From the IMG/VR virus record IMGVR_UViG_2061766007_004331: 36,673 bases of DNA; one strand, 5' to 3'. Both the position numbers and the translations under genes were made by a program. The DNA is from an uncultured virus (IMG/VR IMGVR_UViG_2061766007_004331) (lineage: Duplodnaviria > Heunggongvirae > Uroviricota > Caudoviricetes). This document shows, piece after piece, positions 1 to 10,500 of this stretch (positions are counted from its first letter, which is position 1; each line of letters opens with the position of its first letter). The notes under the pieces are model-generated. The model was given only the letters and a program-made list of their open reading frames with translations, was not told the origin of the DNA and ran no database searches.

Positions 1-193
1 TAATACAATCGATGGTACATTTNNNNNNNNNNNNNNNNNNNNNNNNNNNNNNNNNNNNNNNNNNNNNNNNNNNNNNNNNNNNNNNNNNNNNNNNNNNNNN
101 NNNNNNNNNNNNNNNNNNNNNNNNNNNNNNNNNNNNNNNNNNNNNNNNNNNNNNNNNNNNNNNNNNNNNNNNNNNNNNNNNNNNNNNNNNNNN

Positions 194-902
194 CCCCGGC
201 TGCCGTCTGGAACGCGATCACGCCGGCTTTTGTCTTATCACCGAAGATGCCGTCCACGGTACCGCAGCTGTAGCCGAGCTTGTTGAGCTGTTCCTGTAAT
301 TCCTTCACATCATCCCCGCGCATCATGGGGTAGGTGCGTTTGAGGAGACGGGTAACGGGTTCTTCTTTTGTGACAACAACAGTACTGGCACTACCATCGG
401 AATAGTCCACACCCTTCAGTTCACCCCAGCAGTGCCAGGTAGAGACCTTGCTGGTGACTACACCGTTGATGGTTCCCTTGGCCTCAATGACTGTGCCGTC
501 GCCGATATAGAGGCCGACATGGTGGTAGTTGTAGCCGTTGTAGGATTTCTGGCCAGCTGTTGCCTTTTTCCTCTTGAACACGGCAGTGCCGGGGAGGAGG
601 GGCTTGCCGTCAGTGCGGACACCGTTTTTCAGGTCACCGCGGGCGGTCGTGTTTGACAGGAACATTGTGTGGCTTCCGTGATAAACGCTGCCACCAAGCA
701 GCTTCATTGCCCAATAGACGAGACCTGAGCAGTCGGCGACACGGTGACCAATCCATTTTGCACCGTACTTGACGGTCATTTCACGGGTAGCGGCACGCTG
801 CTTGGCAGCAGTCCAGGTCTGGCCATAGGCACCCCAGATATAGCCCCATTTGTTATTAAGGGCTTGCTGGAAAAGAGCGATCAGGTCAGAAGGTTTAATC
901 AA
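194..902 (-). CDS. Endolysin: NlpC/P60-like peptidase plus PG_binding_1 domain (3' end runs into the N gap)
   Basis: Absent from the ORF track. TTG at 902 follows GGAGG. Translates MIKPSDLIALFQQALNNKWGYIWG...VADCSGLV...HHVGLYIGDGTVIEAKG...RGDDVKELQEQLNKLGYSCGTVDGIFGDKT. Shows the DCSG/HVG catalytic motifs and a DGIFG peptidoglycan-binding motif. Confidence 0.88.
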
Positions 903-924
903 TTTAGTGTACCTCCATTTCAAT

Positions 925-961
925 GAAGAAAGCCCCGCTCGCTACGAACGGGAACGGGGCT
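925..961 (-). terminator. Hairpin / probable intrinsic terminator between holin and endolysin
   Basis: On the minus strand AGCCCCGTTC pairs with GAGCGGGGCT and is followed by TTCTT. The U-tract is short. Confidence 0.5.
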
Positions 962-983
962 GAAAAGGGAACAAGACACTGAC

Positions 984-1349
984 TCAATCGGTCAGACCGA
1001 TAGTCTCATCCTCATCGCTGTCGCCATCACCGGTATCATCCCAGGGTTTGTCGTAACCGAGGGCACGCTCACTGTCACCGATACCGGCAGTAGTGGGGTC
1101 GGTTACAACGCCGATGAGACCCAGCACGGTGAGCACACTCTGGACAATCTCAACCGTGCGGCCTTCGCTGATGGAAGGAACGATGTCAAGCAGTTCCAGT
1201 AGGCCGTAGATGAAGGTGATGAAAAGGGAAGCGAAGGCAGCCAGCCAGAGCTTATTCTTCAGGCGAACCTTCCAGTTGATCTTGGTGGAATTGGTCTTCT
1301 GGGTGTTGGTAGTAGTGCTGGCAGTAGTGTTGACTGTGGTGTTACTCAT
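984..1349 (-). CDS. Holin, phi LC3 (Phage_holin_1) family
   Basis: INWKVRLKNKLW start motif, two hydrophobic helices and a DPTTAGIGDS..A..Y..P motif. ATG at 1349 follows GGAGG (alternative ATG at 1364). Confidence 0.9.
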   Translation of the reverse strand: MSNTTVNTTASTTTNTQKTNSTKINWKVRLKNKLWLAAFASLFITFIYGLLELLDIVPSISEGRTVEIVQSVLTVLGLIGVVTDPTTAGIGDSERALGYDKPWDDTGDGDSDEDETIGLTD

Positions 1350-1450
1350 AGCGATTTCCTCCATAGTTTCAATTGTGAGATGTGTGGTGTAAAGAGCATC
1401 ACTGATTCTGTATTCATTGTACCTGTTCCCTGTTTCCTATTCGCTGTTTT

Positions 1451-1765
1451 CTATTCGTGCAGGTCATTGTGGGTGCTCGGATCTTCATGCGTGGGCAGCG
1501 CCATNNNNNNNNNNNNNNNNNNNNNNNNNAACGCTTCATAGTTCCGCCAGAGGTTTTCAAAGCTCTCCCTGGCATAGAGCGGCGCGAAGCCTTTTCCGTG
1601 ATAGTGCTGATAATTGTCCACCATCTGCGCTCTCAGGAGTGCCTGTACACCTCGCTGGAGGGCACGGATGTGCTTGTAGACGTAAACCAGGATACCGCCT
1701 AGGATAGTGAGGAAAGAAACAATCCATCCCCAGTTGTCTTTCATAAAGACCATGAAATCGTTCAT
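1451..1765 (-). CDS. Small membrane protein of the lysis cassette (holin-like)
   Basis: GGAGG RBS, one N-terminal TM helix and GVQALLRAQM...NY motifs, directly upstream of the holin. Contains an N gap. Confidence 0.7.
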   Translation of the reverse strand: MNDFMVFMKDNWGWIVSFLTILGGILVYVYKHIRALQRGVQALLRAQMVDNYQHYHGKGFAPLYARESFENLWRNYEAXXXXXXXXXMALPTHEDPSTHNDLHE

Positions 1766-1845
1766 TGGTTTGAACCTCCGTGAAATGCTTTCGTTTGTGA
1801 AATAGGCTCGTTCCTTGACCTATGCACGATATCAAGCCTCCTTCC

Positions 1846-4116
1846 TTAGATCCCAATCGCGATCCAGTCAATTTGCCTCAAACTGCTAAAGCTGCCACCG
1901 ACAATGATGGCAGCCCCGGCTGTGTTTTTGCTTGATATTTTAATCGCGCCATTATCACCACTCCAGTTCGAGCTGGTTGTCGAGTAACTGGCACAAACAA
2001 AGGGCACTTGGGTGAACCCCGCCGACGAGTAATCGATCTGCAGAGCGGAACTGCCGCTGATCTGTCCTGAACCGTAGGCAATCTTGAAGGGAAGCCGTGC
2101 CATTGCAACAGTGCCAGAGGAGAGGTTGGATGCGTCTGTTAGCCCTAGATTCGTCCTGGCTCCAGCCGCGCTATTAGCCCCNNNNNNNNNNNNNNNNNNN
2201 NNNNNNNNNNNNNNNNNNNNNNNNNNNNNNNNNNNNNNNNNNNNNNNNNNNNNNNNNNNNNNNNNNNNNNNNNNNNNNNNNNNNNNNNNNNNNNNNNNNN
2301 NNNNNNNNNNNNNNNNNNNNNNNNNNNNNNNNNNNNNNNNNNNNNNNNNNNNNNNNNNNNNNNNNNNNNNNNNNNNNNNNNNNNNNNNNNNNNNNNNNNN
2401 NNNNNNNNNNNNNNNNNNNNNNNNNNNNNNNNNNNNNNNNNNNNNNNNNNNNNNNNNNNNNNNNNNAGCTGAGTTTGGATATTGAGATTGCCAGTCATGG
2501 TGTCGCCGATCTTTTTGACTCCGCCCAGGTTGGCAATTGCCCCAGCGGCCGTTGCAGCCCCGGTCCCGCCATTTTCAACTGACAGAGGCTNNNNNNNNNN
2601 NNNNNNNNNNNNNNNNTTTCCCGGACTGCTCTGCAATCTTCCCGATGCCAATTCCTGTGCCGTCTGCCAGAAAGTCCATGATGACTGTCTTGGTGCCAAT
2701 GGATACGGACTGTTCGATAGCATAGAAGTAATCCTGCAGGTGCACTTTAAGGTCATATGAGGACAGCAACTCGAACTCAATCTCCAGCACCCGATTCTCT
2801 GTGGTGACGGTGTAAGCAGAGATGAAAACGTTCTCTGCCTTGACCCAAGCAGACGCAGATGACAGCTTGTAGTAAAGGATGCAGCCCACACCGTTCTTGT
2901 TGCCGAGTGGAGCGACGCTTCCGGTGAAGGTGTAACGGACATGCGTGCCGTCCACCTGAGATGCTGTTCCGTCTGCATTGCACCGTTCGCATTTGAACTG
3001 GGTAATGGAGGGGTAAGTGTAGTCGAGGACATTAATTGTCGTGGAGTAGGTTGCCGTTCTGCCGCGGGTGTCTGTGACGGTGACGGATACAGACACATCG
3101 CCTGATTTTGAGATTCCTTTGCTGGTGATAAATGAAGCATCCGTATAGGTGACTCCATCAAAGATCGTGCGGTAAGAAGATATGGTTGAGTTGTATGCTC
3201 CGCTGGCCGTGATGGCGATGAGCGGTTTGGAGAGCAGCTTCACATACTTCCCGATTTTCTCTACTACTGTGCTGTTGGTATCAGAGATGGAAACGTTGGA
3301 GATAGACGGGACGACTGCACTGGGAACCGTGAGTGTTAACTTGACAGTTCTTGTACCAGTCTGCTGGCCGCTGTTGTAGGAAACGCAAGTGATGGTGCAG
3401 ATGCCTCCGATAGCGTTTGGGATCTGACTGGCCAGCGTCAGCGGGGGNNNNNNNNNNNNNNNNNNNNNNNNNNNNNNNNNNNNGACCGATCCTGTAACGT
3501 TTCCGAAGGTGTATGTGATAGTGTGAGTGGTGGCTGTCGATGTACGGTTCGTGTAGATTGTTACCGCTGAACCCAGATCACAGGATGACTTGGATGTGGT
3601 CGGCACCGAGACCGCTTCTTCATACGCGACGGTTAATATGACACTTGTCCATTGCAGATAGTTGGTGCTCCAACCCTGGGACCCGGCGTGCGGGCTAGGG
3701 TTGTAGATGACAAAAGCGTTGTTCCCCTGACTGATATAATTGCCCATGGCAGTCAGAAGATCACCTGTGATGGTATTGGTGGTCGTATTGTTGTAGAAAG
3801 ACCCTGTAAACGTGCCAAGCGCATCGCCGGCGTATCCTGAACCGGTGACACCGTCCGCTATGTCATTCTGGTAAAGTGCCTTGCGAAGATAGACCGTCTT
3901 TGTACTGCTCGCGCCGTAACCGGATGACGCAGAAGTCACAGTCAGCTGCAGGCCGGTGATCACCTTGCCGGTCAGGTTCATGCCGGAGAAAAGAATAATG
4001 CCGGCGTAGTTGTCACCGGCATTGTAGAACTCCTGAGTGGCGCGTCCCGTCTTGGACGATACTGAGTTTTTGTTTCTTGTTCGCAGGGTTGCGGTATAGT
4101 TGACAACAGTGGCCAA
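1846..4116 (-). CDS. Siphoviral minor tail / fibre protein (DUF859-like), joined across N gaps
   Basis: TTG at 4116 after GGAG. Ser/Thr-rich beta repeats (VTVTDTRGRT, DYTYPSI), GIGIGKIAE, PLSVENGGTGA repeats and ARTNLG. The frame continues into the 1846-2103 ORF. Confidence 0.75.
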
Positions 4117-4132
4117 TGTATCACTCCCCTTA

Positions 4133-7100
4133 TCACACAGTGATGCCGTAAGCATTAAGAGCTGATATCAGCTTATTGATCAGGAGGCCAGTATCAGCAC
4201 GATAAACGATGGATGTTTTTCCTGCGTCGGACCATACTGTGTTATGTCCAAGAAGTGTACGGAGCTGAGGAGCGGTGAAGGGGTAGGTGACGGGGGTGGC
4301 GAGTTCGTAAGCGATAGCAAAAGGAGTTCTGTTGTTGTATTGCGCATTGACCCATGCCTGGAAATTGGCAACACTTTCATCTGCAATACTCGGATGCCTG
4401 AATGCTGCATACTCGCCAGTGGAATTTACCATAAAGTAACCATTAGGTATATTGGTATAACTTGCTTGTTTTGAACGAGCAAAATGCGTAGAAATGAATT
4501 TATCCGATGGATATTGAGAACGATTTGAAAGCATATATCGAAATGAAATCGCGCCATCTGAACCAACTCTGGTGTAAGACTCAGAGCCGTTTAGAATTTC
4601 TGCCACCCTATCCACCACCACCTCACCCGTTCCATCCTCTTTGATTCTCACTGTACCACCGTAGACTGTTGAGCCTGTGATGATGCTAAGAGAGATGGAG
4701 ATGGTATCAGGATTGTAAGGTTCAAAGGATGATATTGTTTCTCCCTCAACGAGCATTGCTCCAGTTTCGCCATTTGATCTGCGAACTGCGACATATCCAG
4801 TAATAGGTGCTGTAAATGATTTTTTTCCACTTTCAACACTTCTGGAGCCGTTGTATGAACCACTACCCGGCTGAGGTTTTTCTTCATAGAAAGCCCAAAC
4901 GCCGCCATTGGGCATTACGGAATCGGGAGCAAACGTATAGGTTTTTCCTTCATAAACGTGTGCTATGTCGATCTGCCACAAATTAGACGCTGTGACTATA
5001 CCAGTATCAGCTGGGAAGTATCCACTCATTGCCTTGAAAAACAGATTCTTCCCAGTTCTTGTCACGGTAGCTTCATCCCAGCCTGAGATTGGGCAGATGT
5101 TGGAGTAAGGGGCATAGGTTGCATCAGTTTCGGTGGCGAGACGGATCATTGGTTTGAATACCAGATTATTTGCTGTGTATCCATTGGTTACTTTAATTGC
5201 AGCTTCAATTTTCCTACCGTCCGCAGTAAATGATCTTTCTTCTGCGTTAGCACTATTAAATCTGCCACTATACACATCCGCAAAGGCACATGTTGTTATT
5301 GTACTTCCAGTCGGTGTGCCATCTGCAATCAAGGTATCAGATGGTAAATCAGAGCGAACGCTGTCCAATCTAAAATATGTGTCAGCCGTTGCAGTTCCAT
5401 TAATGATTATGGAATCAATGCTATTACCATCGTTTGTGTTAACGGTAAAAACAATTCCATTGCAGGTATAAACAAGATCTGACCAACTGCCCGATGTATT
5501 TACAGATTTCAACTGTTCAATGGTACTATGAAGTAAGTTCTTCCCCGCTCCTCCAACCCACGGCCTATCATACCCGTGCAAGTCCTGTTGAGGCTCAACA
5601 GCAATCGTCAGCTCCTTCACAGAAATATCATTCGCGCCGTCTGTGACCGTTACGATGTCGGCAGGGCCAGCGGTCTCCTCAGGGAACGCGGAATAGACTT
5701 CGGAGATTTTACCGTACTTGTCTGTCTTGTAGGTAAGAGTCAAAGGCGTGTCTGTATCGGACCAGATGCGACTTGTGCCGAGAAGGGTGTTGAGTTGGGA
5801 TACTGAGAGAATGTAAGTCTGAGGGGTGTCGAGGGGGTAACAGATCGTTTCGTTCCCGATATGATCTTTCATGTCATTCAATGCTGTCGAACCGTCACGT
5901 ATTTGCATCGTGCCGCCAAGGTTAATAGACACACCGTTTTTGGTAAGATCATTGGCAAGCCCAGTCCTCGACTTTGGTTCTAAGGCACTGCTCTTCAAAC
6001 CGTCGGCTATAGTATCGTTGTTCTTCGATAAAGCGGGGCGTATTGCTACTGGAAAAACGTCTCTGGATTGGTAGAACCAATTCATATTACTGTCATATGT
6101 AAAAGGAACGCTCATTCTGCTACAAATATCATTGACGGCCAAACAAACTCTATCCACCACCACAGTTCCCGATCCGTCCTCATTCAGAGTGAGCGTTCCG
6201 CCATAGACGGTTGAGCCAGTTGCCGATGTGAGACTGATGGAGAGGGAGTGACCGAATGGTTCATAGGAACTAGCAACATCATCCGCTTTACAAATCATAG
6301 CACCAGCCTCATAATTTGCTGGGACTGTCTTGCCTGTTGAAAGGCCAATCCGCAGGAAATACTGTTGATTCGGATTGCTAACTTCAAAGGAACCAAAATT
6401 CGCTACCAGGTTTGTACTTGCCCCTTCCTCGCGGATAACAACATCACATGTCGCATCGTAGCCAATTGATTCTCCGTTTACCCGATATTCGGAGACAACC
6501 GTGTATTTTCCAACTGGCAACGAAAACAATTCAGAATTACGTGATGCAAATGCGGTAGAAGTTCCTGATAGTTTTACAAGACCGTTAGCCTGTGGTTCAA
6601 ACCGGATTCCATTTGCTTCTCTGGCTGTCATAACCATATTCAGCCAGTTTTTCCCCGTACTTACGATTTTAAACGCATCATACCCCACAATAGGGCAGAT
6701 GTTGGAGTAGGGTTCAAACCGGGTTGTTGTAGAGCCAGCTTCAAGTTGAATGTACTGTGGTTTTCCGTCATAAATGTTCCCCTCGGCCAAGTTATATCCA
6801 ACAGTTACTTCTGTATCTTCGGTTACAGTAAATGGCGTATTGGTTCCACCTGAGATAGCTGTTCCATCTGCTGTTTGGACTACAACTTGAACTTTTGTTG
6901 AGCTGGTGCTTTCATTACTTGTAATATACGTTCCTGCTTTTAGGACGAATGGTTTTGTCTTGGCGTATGAATTAGCTCGTCCACCACTTTTTGATGCAGT
7001 ACCGGAAGCAATAATGCTCCCATCCTCGCCATTTGATAAAGCTACATTAAAAACCGTGCCCCCTGATTCAAGAGGCGGAAGTAAGTTTTTTCCAGCTCCT

Positions 7101-7573
7101 CCTATCCAGGGCTTTTCATATCCATGCAGGTCCTGCTTCGGGCCTAAAGGGATTACAAGCTTATGTATTTTGCCGGCAAGTGCATCATGAACTACCACAG
7201 GGTTTCCGGAAACAGTCTTGAGCCCAACCAAAGAAGATGATATAGATTGCAGATCCGTAATGTTACCCTTTGCCTGATCCACTTCATTCTGGATGCCATC
7301 GGTCTTGGTCTCCATGGCCGAGTCAGCAGCGCTCCGCAGATCAGCTTCAGCAGCAACGGCGGAGGTCATCTCTGCGGTACTTGGGACATCAATGTTCGCC
7401 CGTGCATTGCGCTTCTGACTGGTCCCCAATCCCTGGGCATTCGTGTCCGTCCTGACCCTGTTCACCAGGGCAGCATCGTTATCCGCGATGCCGTTCTCCA
7501 TATGCTGAAGATGGGCGGCTGTCAGCACGGTTTCATGGTCCTTGAAACTGGTTGTGATCTTGGTGTAACTCAT
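4133..7573 (-). CDS. Large tail-associated / putative receptor-binding protein with two ~520-aa internal repeats (1146 aa)
   Basis: Gap-free ORF with AGGAGG RBS. QDLHGY..PW.GGAGKNLL, PYSNICPI.G, TGSTVYGG and QL.TLLG...WSD each occur twice. Located in the tail-tip module. Confidence 0.75.
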   Translation of the reverse strand: MSYTKITTSFKDHETVLTAAHLQHMENGIADNDAALVNRVRTDTNAQGLGTSQKRNARANIDVPSTAEMTSAVAAEADLRSAADSAMETKTDGIQNEVDQAKGNITDLQSISSSLVGLKTVSGNPVVVHDALAGKIHKLVIPLGPKQDLHGYEKPWIGGAGKNLLPPLESGGTVFNVALSNGEDGSIIASGTASKSGGRANSYAKTKPFVLKAGTYITSNESTSSTKVQVVVQTADGTAISGGTNTPFTVTEDTEVTVGYNLAEGNIYDGKPQYIQLEAGSTTTRFEPYSNICPIVGYDAFKIVSTGKNWLNMVMTAREANGIRFEPQANGLVKLSGTSTAFASRNSELFSLPVGKYTVVSEYRVNGESIGYDATCDVVIREEGASTNLVANFGSFEVSNPNQQYFLRIGLSTGKTVPANYEAGAMICKADDVASSYEPFGHSLSISLTSATGSTVYGGTLTLNEDGSGTVVVDRVCLAVNDICSRMSVPFTYDSNMNWFYQSRDVFPVAIRPALSKNNDTIADGLKSSALEPKSRTGLANDLTKNGVSINLGGTMQIRDGSTALNDMKDHIGNETICYPLDTPQTYILSVSQLNTLLGTSRIWSDTDTPLTLTYKTDKYGKISEVYSAFPEETAGPADIVTVTDGANDISVKELTIAVEPQQDLHGYDRPWVGGAGKNLLHSTIEQLKSVNTSGSWSDLVYTCNGIVFTVNTNDGNSIDSIIINGTATADTYFRLDSVRSDLPSDTLIADGTPTGSTITTCAFADVYSGRFNSANAEERSFTADGRKIEAAIKVTNGYTANNLVFKPMIRLATETDATYAPYSNICPISGWDEATVTRTGKNLFFKAMSGYFPADTGIVTASNLWQIDIAHVYEGKTYTFAPDSVMPNGGVWAFYEEKPQPGSGSYNGSRSVESGKKSFTAPITGYVAVRRSNGETGAMLVEGETISSFEPYNPDTISISLSIITGSTVYGGTVRIKEDGTGEVVVDRVAEILNGSESYTRVGSDGAISFRYMLSNRSQYPSDKFISTHFARSKQASYTNIPNGYFMVNSTGEYAAFRHPSIADESVANFQAWVNAQYNNRTPFAIAYELATPVTYPFTAPQLRTLLGHNTVWSDAGKTSIVYRADTGLLINKLISALNAYGITV

Positions 7574-7596
7574 TATGCGTCCTCCTAAAAAGTTGG

Positions 7597-10500
7597 TTAT
7601 CCCTTATAGATCAGCGAAAGGTTACCGTTGGATTGGGGCTCAAAGGCAAACTTGCCGATAATCATCCTGGTCAGGATTTCAGCCTGGGTCACGTAGAGTT
7701 TGTTGTTGGAGAGGTAGGCGACTTCCGTATCATTCATATAGAAGGCCAGACGGTCATTGACGACACGGAAGGTGAATGGGTTGCCGGTTTTGCCGATGGA
7801 CAGGCCGTCCTCCCCAAAGGTCATGTAAGTGCGGAGCACGGACATTTCTTCCTCCGTGGCTTGTCTTGACGAGTTCAGGTCGGACTGCAGCTGATTGACC
7901 CGATTGACTGCCCATGTATAGTTGTTCTCGCTTTGCTCAGAAAGCGTGCCAACGGTCTGGGCAATCTGAGACATATCGCTGGCCAGGGCATAGTTGGCCT
8001 GAACTTCTTGCCGGATACTGTCACCGGTATTGCTGATGCGGGCATGGATGTCGGCCAGCTTTGTTTCGATTTCTTCCTCGTCATCCTCTGGTGATGCGGT
8101 CCAGTCTGTGGCGCGATGACCGTGCTCCAGCTTCAGGTTGTCCAGGGCGATGTAATCCCCAACACCATATTCGCTGGAAGAGGTGCACTCGTTTGCCACA
8201 AGGAAATATAGCATGGTAACGTTATCTGGGATGGTGAAGGGCCACTCGACACGTTTTTCTATGGTGGTTCCTTTAAGCGGCTGCGTCAGGTTCCCGATCA
8301 GGTATCTGGCGCCTTGAGCGAACACTCCTGTTTGAGCAGCATCATGGAAAAGGTAGAAATAGGTGTTGAACGTGGTGGCTGTCTTGGTACCGGACAACAG
8401 CAGGGTCTCGGCGTCGCAGGACAGGGTGTAGGTTCCGCCTGGTTTTAAACCAAGTAGAGAACCGGAAGCCGTATCACCGAACCGGATAAATGTCCTAACA
8501 GCATCGGTATTCGTGATCTTTATGCCGTGTGTGACAGCTTCCATAAACCCATTGGAAGCGACGAGTTCACCCGCGGTGCTGTTTCCATCTGAATGGAGTC
8601 CGTTGATAGCGGGACGTTCACCAACATCGATATTGGGGTTTAGTGTGCCCCAGATCAGATTGGTGCCGCCAATGGACAGCGTATCAATGGTTTCTTGAGC
8701 CGCCTCGGCAGTGGATTGAGCCGAACTTGCTGCTGCTTGGGCTGCTGTAGCGGTTGNNNNNNNNNNNNNNNNNNNNCTGCGCTGCATCAGCAGTAGACTT
8801 TGCGGTATCAGCTGTTGATTTTGCTGCATCAGCAGAAGACTTAGCGGTGTCAGCTGTTGATTTAGCTGTATTTGCTGTGGATTGGGCGGTACTGGCGGTT
8901 GTTTGTGCTGCTGTTGCAGTTGATTGAGCTGTGTCAGCGGTGGACTTCGCGATATCAGCTGTCGTTTTAGCTGTGATGGCTGTAGACTGGGCTGTATCAG
9001 CTGTGGATTGTGCGGCATCGGCGGNNNNNNNNNNNNNNNNNNNNNNNNNNNNCCAAAGACCAATCGGATGGGGTATAGTTGCCGTTTGCTCTGGCGGTCG
9101 TGCAGACCTTCATGTCTCCGGTCGAGCCTACTGCCCAAAGGTCTCCCTTGTCATAGGGCGGCTTGGGATTTGAAGTGAATACACGGCGCTTGTTGTCTGC
9201 TGTATCCTGGGCTGTGCTGGCGGCACTCATGGCCGATGTGATGTCGCTATCCTTGATGCGTGACCAAGCCGAACCGGTATACCGATAGCAGAAGCCAGTC
9301 GCCAGATCATAATAAAGATCATCCGTATGAGATGCTTTATCGGATGCGGACCAATTCTTCTCAGGCGCTACGGACGCAGATGGGGGACCGGAATAAAACC
9401 AGGTATCGATCTTGCCATCGACCTGAGATTGGATGCCTTCGGCATAGCTCATCACAGACTCGGCATAGCTCTGAGCAGCTTCAGCGGTTGCCTGCGCCGT
9501 GTCTGCCGCAGATTGAGCGGCATCAGCTGAAGACTGCGCATTTCCTGCTGCGGTGACAGCTGTATCAGCGGTGCTTTGTGCTGTATTGGCTGCAGTTTGT
9601 GCGGCGGTAGCAGCGGATTGTGCTGTGTTTGCTGCGCTTTGTGCTGAATCGGCGGNNNNNNNNNNNNNNNNNNNNNNNNNNNNNNNNNNNNNNNNNNNNN
9701 NNNNNNNNNNNNNNNNNTGCGGTAGTTATGTTGCTCTGAACGTCCTCGGGGGCAGGGGTCCATTGTGTAGGCGCGTTACCGAGCTCCAGTTTTGGACAGG
9801 AGTAGCTTGCGTTCCCTGTGCCTACGATCATGGCCTGAACGGTATAATCGGTAGAAGGCATCACGACGGTGAGCGTAGCCCAGCCGGTTTGAGAGATAGG
9901 TTCACTATTAAAGTCAAGAGAGGAGCCAGCTGATGTTCCCAGGACAGCACGTCCGAGCTGCATATCTCCCAGAATCGTACAGGCTTCTGCCTTGGCGGAC
10001 AGTCGTAATCGAACAAGCCAGCTTCCGCTGGTTACATTCAGCCGCACACGGAAGGTAATCTTGCTGTCCCATGCTTCCGCTGTTTCTTCCACATTGACTG
10101 GATTAAAGGAATAGGTCTGCGAGATTGCCTTATCAGAGGCGCCTGTGTTNNNNNNNNNNNNNNNNNNNNNNNNNNNNNNNNNNNNNNNNNNNNNNNNNNN
10201 NNNNNNNNNNNNNNNNNNNNNNNNAGTGCCCAGTCAGCTCCATCAAAGGAACCGGATGACCGTGAAGATATACAGACCATGAGGTCGGAATCAGATCCGC
10301 CCGCCCAAAGGTCGCCTTCGTCATAGGGNNNNNNNNNNCCCGGCGCTTGTTGTCAGCAGTATCCTGTGCAGCACTGGCGGCGCTCATGGCGGAAGTGATA
10401 TCGCTGTCCTTAATACGGGACCAGGCCGTGCCGGTATAACGATAACAGTAGCCGGTATCGGTANNNNNNNNNNNNNNNNNNNNNNNNNNNNNNNNNNNNN

